Source: a virus
DNA: 64,000 nt
Reading direction: 5' to 3' (one strand)
Virus record (IMG/VR): IMGVR_UViG_3300021963_006415
Span: 1-64,000 of that record
A program made the translations under genes and the position numbers. A model generated the notes under the pieces. It saw only the letters and a list, made by a program, of their open reading frames with translations, did not search any database and had not been told where the DNA came from. Every line of letters starts with the position of its first letter. Position 1 is the first letter of the stretch. Shown piece after piece: positions 1 to 7,556 of the stretch.

Positions 1-16
1 TAGAAAACTAAAGAAA

Positions 17-214
17 TTATTTGTTTTTATCAAAAAAATTTTGTAATTTCTCTTTTCTTATTGCCTTTTGCTTATTAATTCTCTTAGTTACAGATGGTTT
101 TTCAAACTCTTTTCTATCCCTAAGTTGCTCTATTTGCTTTACGCTTTTTACTTTATTTTTGTAAGCTTTTAATGCTTTTTCGATGTTTCCATCTTTTACA
201 TCAATAATCAACAT
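17..214 (-). CDS. rpsU: Phage-encoded ribosomal protein bS21, Bacteroidota-type
   Basis: 65 aa basic protein; MLIIDVKDGNIEKALKAYKNKV...LRDRKEFEKPSVTKR matches the bS21 pattern (ALK..K.K, F.KPS..KR). Confidence 0.9.
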   Translation of the reverse strand: MLIIDVKDGNIEKALKAYKNKVKSVKQIEQLRDRKEFEKPSVTKRINKQKAIRKEKLQNFFDKNK

Positions 215-220
215 AACTTA

Positions 221-592
221 TTACTGGTGGTTTACTAATTTATATTTTGTTTTATATAATAGGGATACAACTGTATCTATATCGTTCTGAATCCAACTAT
301 CTTGTAACTTTGGGTTTTGTCTTAATTTTGCAACCATAGTGCAAAGTTTTTCAAAATAATTAATTATATTTTTAATATCATTATTTTTATCCAATACTCC
401 AATGCCAGATAATTGAATTAATCCTTCTTTTCCCTGATATACTTCCACTAATCCATCAATTAATCCACCAATAGAATCATAATATTCACCCAATGCAACG
501 TGTGCCGAATGTGCTCCCACACCTCTAACACCCAAATGAAATGAATGCGCTTGTGTTCTACTTTGTAATAGTAATGATGCTAATTCTTCCAC
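221..592 (-). CDS. Ferritin/Dps-like four-helix protein (DUF5856-like)
   Basis: QAHSFHL...HVALGEYYDSI..LIDGLVEVYQGK pattern of ferritin-like phage proteins; GTG start overlaps the upstream TAG. Confidence 0.6.
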   Translation of the reverse strand: MEELASLLLQSRTQAHSFHLGVRGVGAHSAHVALGEYYDSIGGLIDGLVEVYQGKEGLIQLSGIGVLDKNNDIKNIINYFEKLCTMVAKLRQNPKLQDSWIQNDIDTVVSLLYKTKYKLVNHQ

Positions 593-1020
593 TATTTTTT
601 ATTTTTTGATTCTCTCAACCCTAATCTCTTTCTCATAACTTCTTCCGAAACATCTGCAATTTCAAAGTATCTATTCAATACATGCCCCATATCTTCGTAA
701 AGAGCCTCTAATCTTTGTTCTTGTGCTTTTGCTTCTAATGATTCTTTTTGAAATTTTTCGTGCAATGCTTTTAATTCCTTCATATTACGCTTGATAGTAA
801 CTCTATCAAACCAATCACCACCTTCTCTTAAAGTATATTCCTGTGCTGCATCTGCAATACCACCTAAAGTTTCAGCAATAGTTCTGATATCAGATTTTCT
901 ATTCATCTGCTCTCTGAATTGACCAAATGTAGAAATTATTTCCAAAAAGTGTTTTTTGATTTCGGTAGGAAGTTGTTGAAATTCTTCTTCCTCATTCAAA
1001 AGGTCTTTTAACTTTAACAT
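592..1020 (-). CDS. Hypothetical helical protein, probable head-internal protein
   Basis: N-terminus MLKLKDLLNE resembles a T4-type capsid-targeting/cleavage leader; lies in head gene cluster. Confidence 0.5.
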   Translation of the reverse strand: MLKLKDLLNEEEEFQQLPTEIKKHFLEIISTFGQFREQMNRKSDIRTIAETLGGIADAAQEYTLREGGDWFDRVTIKRNMKELKALHEKFQKESLEAKAQEQRLEALYEDMGHVLNRYFEIADVSEEVMRKRLGLRESKNKK

Positions 1021-1022
1021 AA

Positions 1023-1286
1023 TTATCTCTTTACAATTTTATATTTTTTCAATCTTTGAACGGCTTGTGCTAATTCTTGCGGAGTCATACCTAAAGCATC
1101 TACTAATTTTGCTATTACTAATTGTTCTTTTCTTCTACCTAAGTTATATGATTTGATAACATTTAATGCTCTATCTAAAAATCTTTCAACTTTAGATGGG
1201 ATTGCCACATCCATATCCTCCAAATCTTCTTTTATTACTTTTGGATTAATTTGTTTACCAGGTATTAAATTTACTAGCTTTGCCAT
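1023..1286 (-). CDS. Hypothetical small head-cluster protein
   Basis: 87 aa ORF tightly packed after the prohead protease; leader ends in VIKE. Confidence 0.5.
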   Translation of the reverse strand: MAKLVNLIPGKQINPKVIKEDLEDMDVAIPSKVERFLDRALNVIKSYNLGRRKEQLVIAKLVDALGMTPQELAQAVQRLKKYKIVKR

Positions 1287-1290
1287 TTTA

Positions 1291-1881
1291 TTAGTTTAAT
1301 TCTATTATAATTTCTCTCATTAAATCTTGTGATTTACACCATTTACCACATTCTTCTGCAACTTTTTTCCATTGCTTTGATTCGTTCATTGGTGCCATAA
1401 ATGCTCCGTGAGTTGATGGGTTTGAAACAAAATCCCAACCCACTAATTCAAAATCTTCTTGCACCATTAAAGTACCATCGTTTAATTCTTTTACTGAACC
1501 TAATCCTCTACTACTAATACCTAAACGGATATTATTCTTCAACAATTCTCTAAGAATGTTTCCTGATGGAGTTGAAAGGATTTCTACAACACCAACAACA
1601 TCATCACCATCCCATCCGATTTCTCTGATATTGTGGGAAACGTTTTTAAGGTTAATAACGGGAGAATCTGGGTGGTCTAATTCACCCAATGCTCTTCTTT
1701 CTTTGATAAGTTGCTCATATTTTTGACACTCTCTTTCTAAGATTTCTTTTGGATATCTTCTATTGTTTTGATTAGGAGCACCTGCTCTTTGTAGGATACC
1801 TTTAACTAAATAAGTACCATTATCCTGCTCAACAAGTTTAGCTTCAAACAAATGAGTTTCTATCAATAATCCTTTATTCAT
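1291..1881 (-). CDS. Prohead core protease (T4 gp21-like)
   Basis: NQNNRRYP, ALGELDHP, VSHNI, GISSRGLGS, DFVSNPST motifs of gp21-family proteases. Confidence 0.92.
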   Translation of the reverse strand: MNKGLLIETHLFEAKLVEQDNGTYLVKGILQRAGAPNQNNRRYPKEILERECQKYEQLIKERRALGELDHPDSPVINLKNVSHNIREIGWDGDDVVGVVEILSTPSGNILRELLKNNIRLGISSRGLGSVKELNDGTLMVQEDFELVGWDFVSNPSTHGAFMAPMNESKQWKKVAEECGKWCKSQDLMREIIIELN

Positions 1882-2304
1882 TTATTTTATATCTTTTTTT
1901 ACCTTTTCTACTGCTTTATCAGTTAACCCCCTATCATCCCACGCTTTTACTAAGGCGGTTTTTAGATGGTTTTTTAATTCATTTTCATCCAACTCTCCAT
2001 TTGTACTATCACTCATTTTTGTTATTTGAGTTTGTACATATCCCATTTTCACTATTCTATCCGCAACTCCGTTGTTTATTCCATCGTTGCTATCTAATAA
2101 CTTAGCTATATCGTTCATAACTGCTTTGTTATTCGATATAGATTCTAATATTTTGGTAACCGCTTTTTTGTATTCGTTGTTACCATTTATATAGTTTCCT
2201 ACTTTTTTAATTAATTCATAAAAAAAATAAAAAACTACTTTTCCTAAAATAGCAAAAGATATAGTTAAAAGTATTCCTTCAACTACACCTTCGTTAACTA
2301 CTTT
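1882..2304 (-). CDS. Membrane-anchored extension ORF, probably reached by -1 frameshift from 2298..2774
   Basis: The frame of track ORF 1882..2118 stays open upstream to the A10 run (2302-2311) and encodes VVNEGVVEGILLTISFAILGKVVFYFFYELI (TM helix); no ATG/GTG/TTG before 2118. Confidence 0.65.
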   Translation of the reverse strand, partial: KVVNEGVVEGILLTISFAILGKVVFYFFYELIKKVGNYINGNNEYKKAVTKILESISNNKAVMNDIAKLLDSNDGINNGVADRIVKMGYVQTQITKMSDSTNGELDENELKNHLKTALVKAWDDRGLTDKAVEKVKKDIK

Positions 2305-2311
2305 TTTTTTT
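2255..2311 (-). other. Candidate -1 programmed ribosomal frameshift signal
   Basis: Minus strand CAA AAA AAA AAG TAG (heptamer A AAA AAG), 8-nt spacer, then 17-bp hairpin 2292..2255 (5 GU pairs, AAUA loop). Confidence 0.7.
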
Positions 2312-2774
2312 GAGCCCCTTCATTTTTGGCTCTTAGTTTCGCTAAATCGCTTCCCTCAATTTCACCATCTTTATCAACATCAATTTGCTTTTGCTTATCG
2401 GTTAATTCAGCTTCTTTTAAACTTTTTAATTGTTTTTGTAATGGTTCAAACTGCTTTAAAAATTCATCGGCACTTATTCTACCAGCATTTGATGCTACCA
2501 CAAGCTTATATATTTTAGCCATAATAGGTTGCTCAGCCTTTGGATTGTTACGTTTATCGTATTCGTTTACCGAATCACCATATCCTTTCAATCTACCCTC
2601 CGATTTTGCTGTTGCAGCTTTATCCACAGCGTTGAAGAATGCTTTCTTTTCAGTATCACTCATAGAAGCGATTGATTTGCCAGTTCTGTCCAACATTGCT
2701 TTGAACATTTCTTGGTAATCGCTTTCTTCTTTAACAACTTGTTTGATAAGTTCTTTTAATTGAGTTAATTTCAT
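2298..2774 (-). CDS. Probable prohead core/internal protein with EF-hand-like motif
   Basis: Leader MKLTQLKELIKQVVKE; DVDKDGEIEGSDL is a DxDxDG Ca-binding loop; lies between portal and protease. Confidence 0.55.
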   Translation of the reverse strand: MKLTQLKELIKQVVKEESDYQEMFKAMLDRTGKSIASMSDTEKKAFFNAVDKAATAKSEGRLKGYGDSVNEYDKRNNPKAEQPIMAKIYKLVVASNAGRISADEFLKQFEPLQKQLKSLKEAELTDKQKQIDVDKDGEIEGSDLAKLRAKNEGAQKKK

Positions 2775-2775
2775 T

Positions 2776-3726
2776 TTATTCTGATATTTTTCGTATTTGT
2801 TGTTCTAATCTTATAAGTCTTTCCTTTATCTTATAAATATTACTATTTGTTCTTTTCCAAAAAGACTGATTAGAAACTCCGTTTTCTGATTTTAATTTAC
2901 CATACCACCCCAAAAACTTTTCTATTTCTGCAAGTTGTTTGTTTATATTTGAGATACCTCTATTTACTTTTGTAGTTGCTGGTGCATCTTCTTTTTTTAA
3001 TGCAACCCAACGATTTTCATTCATTACAAAGTTACCATCTTTATCCGATACATAGTAGGCAACCATATTATACGAACCCCCTCTTTGTTTTTCAAGCTTC
3101 TCCACTTCTTTTTTGGCTTCTTTGTATGATGAATAAGAATCTTTAAAAACTCCTTTACCTTGCCCTCTACCTTTGTTATATCCTACATAGTATAAACCTT
3201 CTTTTACTACACTATATCCGGTTAATGCTGCTTGCTTTTTACCTTTTTTATCCTCATCTTCTTTTCTACCAAATGCGTATGGAGTACCATATCCAGCTAC
3301 ATCGCCTGTTGTAGTAGCTTCATCAACTTTCAATTCAGCATCTTTATACATACCACTAACCTTAGCATCTAATTCTGCTGCTAGCTTCTTCTTTTGTGCC
3401 GTTAAAGTTTTTAATTGTTGAATGTGTTGTTTTTCTTCTGGTGTTCCTTTTGATTTTTTGTATAAATCCAAATGCTTCTCCATAGAATCGATTACTTTTG
3501 CATAATCGGTTTGTATAGCTCTAACTGAACGTAATTCTGCTAATACAATTTCTTTGATTTTATCCGGTAAGCCTTTATGAGAAGTTGATGCGAAATCTTT
3601 TGTATCTTTATCAGACATTGAGTCAGCTGCTTTTTCAACTTCTGGAGATGGGTTTTCCATATCACCTTTTTGTGCGGCGTGTACCATACCCATAAATCTT
3701 TGTTGTGCTTTACTTACTGCTGGCAT
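2776..3726 (-). CDS. Multi-module head-associated protein with N-terminal DUF3008-like module
   Basis: MPAVSKAQQRFMG...DFASTSHKGLP resembles DUF3008; further modules follow VLAE, VDE, VVKE, VMNE. Confidence 0.5.
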   Translation of the reverse strand: MPAVSKAQQRFMGMVHAAQKGDMENPSPEVEKAADSMSDKDTKDFASTSHKGLPDKIKEIVLAELRSVRAIQTDYAKVIDSMEKHLDLYKKSKGTPEEKQHIQQLKTLTAQKKKLAAELDAKVSGMYKDAELKVDEATTTGDVAGYGTPYAFGRKEDEDKKGKKQAALTGYSVVKEGLYYVGYNKGRGQGKGVFKDSYSSYKEAKKEVEKLEKQRGGSYNMVAYYVSDKDGNFVMNENRWVALKKEDAPATTKVNRGISNINKQLAEIEKFLGWYGKLKSENGVSNQSFWKRTNSNIYKIKERLIRLEQQIRKISE

Positions 3727-4588
3727 TTTTTAGTTCTTTTAAAAGTTCATAAGACATCATTAATGCCGATAAATGTGATTCTTTTAATTTCTTAACAGTC
3801 TTAATTTTCTTAATGTTAGAAATAGTTTCTGCTAATTTAATCTTTGTTACCTTATCTGAAACTTTAGAACCAATTTGCTTTAATCCTTCTGATAAAGAAT
3901 TAACCTCATTATTAACGTACTCCTTTAATTTTCCGGTGTTGTTAATATTGTTAATATATTCTTTGAGTAAGTTTTTTTGTTCTTCTGATAAATTATTATA
4001 TTTTTTGTTGAAGTTTTCAACTAACATTTTATATGATAGCATTCTAACTTCTTCATCCTGCTTTCTATATTCTTCTAAAACTCTATCATTTACTTTCTTA
4101 TCTTTATTTTCAATTGAAGAATTGATTATATTTTCAACAATTGTAAATTTAGAATTAACAATATCTTTTGGTTCAAATGATTCTTTGGTAATAGATGCTT
4201 CAAAAATTTTATAAATTGATGCTAATGATTTATAATTTGAAATTGGAGATTTTACAAACTCATCAATATTATAAGTTTCTTTTATCTGCTTTATAAGATT
4301 ATATTTTTCTTTTGTAAGTTTTTGCTCATCCAATCTTTTACGAGCTTCGCACACAGTTTCTACAAATTTTTCAGCCTTTGATTCTGAATTATATTTTTCA
4401 TTAATCAAATACTGATATAGTTTTAATTCTTTTGAAAGTTCTTTTTTAGAAGAAAAAAATTCTTTTAATATCTTCTCAGCTTTTGAACTGGTTTTGCCAG
4501 ACATGATTTCGGATGTAATCTGTCTTACTAACAACTCAAAAATGAATCCTGTGTTTTTAAACTTTGAATGTTTAATATTTTTCATCAA
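3710..4588 (-). CDS. Hypothetical helical protein downstream of portal (likely start ATG 4585)
   Basis: 292 aa ORF starting KHSKFKNTGFIFELLVRQI; has its own upstream ATATTTATA motif. Confidence 0.6.
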   Translation of the reverse strand: MMKNIKHSKFKNTGFIFELLVRQITSEIMSGKTSSKAEKILKEFFSSKKELSKELKLYQYLINEKYNSESKAEKFVETVCEARKRLDEQKLTKEKYNLIKQIKETYNIDEFVKSPISNYKSLASIYKIFEASITKESFEPKDIVNSKFTIVENIINSSIENKDKKVNDRVLEEYRKQDEEVRMLSYKMLVENFNKKYNNLSEEQKNLLKEYINNINNTGKLKEYVNNEVNSLSEGLKQIGSKVSDKVTKIKLAETISNIKKIKTVKKLKESHLSALMMSYELLKELKNASSK

Positions 4589-4605
4589 TTATATAATTTC
4601 TCTGA

Positions 4606-4614
4606 TATAAATAT
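4606..4614 (-). promoter_or_regulatory. ATATTTATA putative phage promoter
   Basis: Recurrent intergenic motif about 20 nt upstream of the start codon. Confidence 0.6.
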
Positions 4615-4631
4615 ACTTTTCTTTTAGATTA

Positions 4632-6386
4632 TTACTCCTTATCCAAATTCTCTGTCAAAATCGTCTTTTTATTACCATCCATATCCTTAAATACTTCTAA
4701 ATAAGAAGTTTTTCTCGGTTTATATTTGACAGAACCTTCTTTTTGTTTAAGAGTTTTAATTCCCAATGGGTCTCTACCTTCGGGATGGTCATCTTTACCA
4801 TATCTAACCGGGTCTTTTGGTCTACCAACTCCATCTTCTGCTAATTCATTTTTTATCCTCTGAATTTCTTCCTCCACATCGGTTGGAGCATCTGTTCCTG
4901 TTTCTTTTGCTGGGTCAACACCCTGCGTTTCAATAGATGTTAATCTGAACATTTGTTTAGTATCTTCTAATACTGCAACTGTTTGTTCATCTTGTTCATC
5001 TTGTGCCATTCCCATAATAGACTGATACATCCATTCTTTAGAGAACATCTTTGTTTGTTGCATTTGTTGAATCAATGCTACTTTTGATGTGTATAACTCA
5101 ACTTTCTCTTGCTCATATATTTTTGATGGAGTAGTTAGTTCTAATGAAAAATCTGTCAAACTATCATCATCAATTCCTTGCGAATATAAGTGAACGATTG
5201 CGATTTTTGTTAATTCTGAAATAAGTACTCTTTGAATTCTTTCGATTGTTTTTGCAAATCTAATATCTTGCGCTGCTAACGTTGCTTTACCATTAATATC
5301 TTCTTCGTATCCTAAAAACGCTTTAGGAATCTTTAAAGATGACATCAATTTATTTTTAAGGTAATTGATATCATCAATCATATTATATTCTAATCCTTTC
5401 AATGTATCGATAGATGTACCATTATCACTACCACGAACTGGCATATAGTAATCTTCGATAAGGTTCTGCATATTATATTTTAAATTATACTCACCTGTTT
5501 TTTCATCAACAAAAGGAACTTTTTTAGATGCATTGATAATCTTTTGCATATAGTTATCCACTTCGTTTGGTGGGATATTACCAACATCTACTTTGAAAAT
5601 CCTCTTTTCAGGAGCTCTCATTACTCTATGAATTAACATAGCATCTTCCATAAGAGATAGCTGCTTCCAAACCCTTCTACCACCTTCAATCATAGATTTT
5701 CCGTAAGGTAAGAAGTTTGCATCTGAATTTAAACGGAAGTGAGCTACTTCATAGTTTTCGTATTCTTTTTTATTTCCTGCGTTAGCTGGAGAATAACCAC
5801 TATTTGGATTCATAAATGGTGAATATACGAATTTTACTCTTTGAGGATTTTGTATATCAAACCCTTCAACTCTACTTGTTTCATAAACAGACATTGGCTG
5901 TACGTTAACAATACCCAACCCTTCTGCCATTTCTAATTGTAAAAATAAATCACCATACTTTACTAAATTTCTAGTCCAAGGCCATAATGTAAATTCTATA
6001 TTCATAATATCATAAAACAAATTTTCTAAAATTTGCTTTACATTATCATCTGGGTGATGTATTTTTAATATATTACCTTGTTCGTTTTTTGCGGTACATT
6101 CATCAGCGTATATATCTAATGCCGATGATAAAATCGGGTCCATATCCATTGAATCGTAATCTCTAAACAAGTCAATTCTAACTTGTTGATAAGCCATAGC
6201 CGATTCTATTAAACCTCCACTAAATTGTGGGGTTCTCATACGCATGTACCTGTCTACTAAGTTTGTTGTTAAACTTTGATGTTCGTCTGTGTCTATTACC
6301 TTAATACCCTTTTCTGTTTTACGAACTATGGTATTAGTTGAAAATAGTTTTTGTAACCTACCAAAAAATGATTTATCTGATGCCAT
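4632..6386 (-). CDS. Portal protein (T4 gp20-like)
   Basis: YGKSMIE, QLSLMEDAMLIHRVMRAPEKRIFKVDVGN, EDYYMPVRG, LKIPKAFL motifs. Confidence 0.93.
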   Translation of the reverse strand: MASDKSFFGRLQKLFSTNTIVRKTEKGIKVIDTDEHQSLTTNLVDRYMRMRTPQFSGGLIESAMAYQQVRIDLFRDYDSMDMDPILSSALDIYADECTAKNEQGNILKIHHPDDNVKQILENLFYDIMNIEFTLWPWTRNLVKYGDLFLQLEMAEGLGIVNVQPMSVYETSRVEGFDIQNPQRVKFVYSPFMNPNSGYSPANAGNKKEYENYEVAHFRLNSDANFLPYGKSMIEGGRRVWKQLSLMEDAMLIHRVMRAPEKRIFKVDVGNIPPNEVDNYMQKIINASKKVPFVDEKTGEYNLKYNMQNLIEDYYMPVRGSDNGTSIDTLKGLEYNMIDDINYLKNKLMSSLKIPKAFLGYEEDINGKATLAAQDIRFAKTIERIQRVLISELTKIAIVHLYSQGIDDDSLTDFSLELTTPSKIYEQEKVELYTSKVALIQQMQQTKMFSKEWMYQSIMGMAQDEQDEQTVAVLEDTKQMFRLTSIETQGVDPAKETGTDAPTDVEEEIQRIKNELAEDGVGRPKDPVRYGKDDHPEGRDPLGIKTLKQKEGSVKYKPRKTSYLEVFKDMDGNKKTILTENLDKE

Positions 6387-6411
6387 TTTGTTTTTAAATA
6401 ATTGTAATTGT

Positions 6412-6445
6412 TAAATATATGGAAAATTTTTGGAATTTCCAAAAA
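6412..6445 (-). promoter_or_regulatory. Portal promoter (TTTG-N20-TATATTTA) overlapped by a 19-bp palindrome
   Basis: Minus strand TTTG at 6443-6440, 20-nt spacer, TATATTTA at 6419-6412; palindrome TTTTTGGAA-T-TTCCAAAAA at 6427-6445. Confidence 0.5.
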
Positions 6446-6446
6446 A

Positions 6447-7523
6447 TTACCACTTTCTACAAGACCAATATCTTGCCTTCCATCTTGGACCTGGATTATC
6501 ACAATTATGTCTGGCTCTAAAAGATTTTCTTCTTTCAGGATTTGATTTTTTAATTCTCATATTTGGGTCACCAAAGTTTACTTTAACAACGTTACCGCTT
6601 GCATTTTTTACATAAACTTTGAACTTCTTAACATCTCCTTGCATTGGTTTACCCAATTGAACTTTTCTACCCTGATATTCAGCTTCATATACACAATTAC
6701 AATTTGCTTCAGCTAAATATTGTGTATATTCTTTCATAAACTGAACGAACTCTTTCATATCTTGTTCGTTTTCTACATCATATTCCTCTACTTCATCTAT
6801 TTGCTCGTTTACATTTTTTGCATTTACGGGCATTAAACTTTTTAATTTCATATCTTCATTATTTTCTTTTACAGGTACACAATTAGGGACCATTTTACCA
6901 TTTTTCATTTTTCCACCAACTGCTTTATATCCATCCCAACATTCATGTAATGCGTTTAATTCTCCTAAACTTTCATTACAAGTTTTCCAACCACCACCTT
7001 TTGATTTATAGTTTTTTGCAGCCCAACCATTTGCATAAGCTGATGGATAAACATCGAATTTTCTTTTTGCTGCTGCTTTTGATGCTGCCCATTTTCCTGC
7101 ATCAGTTGGACAATTCTTTTCTAAAAAAAGATTTAGTTTTTCTTCTATATTCATAGTTTCATTTTTTTTCTTGCCTTGGCAATGTGCTCTTTGGCTGAAA
7201 CCTTTTGGGTTATTACAATCTATACTCCTTTTATATTTTTCACTCCAATCTTCGTTTTTAGGTTTGGTAGAAACATATATTGGTGTTTTACCTTGTCCTT
7301 TACTATTACTACCACCTCTACCTGCTGCATTTTGTGCAGCTCTTTTTCTACGAGTTGCAGATTCTTTCTCCTTTTTACTCATTCCGGCAGCTTTTGCAGC
7401 CGGTACACATTTTGCATATCCACTCTTTTCTCCGGAAGTTCCACATGGTGGGTGTTTACCATCAACCTTTTTGCCGATGTTTACCCACTTTTCTTTAAAC
7501 CACTTATTTAAATCTTCCTTCAT
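6447..7523 (-). CDS. Multi-module basic/Cys-rich head protein (DUF5872/DUF6321-like modules)
   Basis: Modules KWFKEKWV..PCG..KCVP, IDCNNPKGFSQRAHC, KFDVYPSAYANGW, CWDGY..VPNCVP, and C-terminal RRKSFRARHNC..ARYWSC. Confidence 0.6.
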   Translation of the reverse strand: MKEDLNKWFKEKWVNIGKKVDGKHPPCGTSGEKSGYAKCVPAAKAAGMSKKEKESATRRKRAAQNAAGRGGSNSKGQGKTPIYVSTKPKNEDWSEKYKRSIDCNNPKGFSQRAHCQGKKKNETMNIEEKLNLFLEKNCPTDAGKWAASKAAAKRKFDVYPSAYANGWAAKNYKSKGGGWKTCNESLGELNALHECWDGYKAVGGKMKNGKMVPNCVPVKENNEDMKLKSLMPVNAKNVNEQIDEVEEYDVENEQDMKEFVQFMKEYTQYLAEANCNCVYEAEYQGRKVQLGKPMQGDVKKFKVYVKNASGNVVKVNFGDPNMRIKKSNPERRKSFRARHNCDNPGPRWKARYWSCRKW

Positions 7524-7540
7524 CTATGATAGTTTCAACA

Positions 7541-7549
7541 TATAAATAT
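7541..7549 (-). promoter_or_regulatory. ATATTTATA putative phage promoter
   Basis: Same motif about 17 nt upstream of ATG 7523. Confidence 0.6.
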
Positions 7550-7556
7550 ATAAAAA

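Noticed and set aside
592-607. Frameshift joining 592..1020 to 221..592 at AAT AAA AAA TAG
   Set aside because: T AAA AAA is a poor heptamer with TAA in the -1 frame, and an overlapping GTG start explains the downstream gene
7160-7172. A8 run (GKKKNE) as another slippage site
   Set aside because: Shorter run, no clear downstream structure, and expected by chance in Lys-rich AT-rich genes
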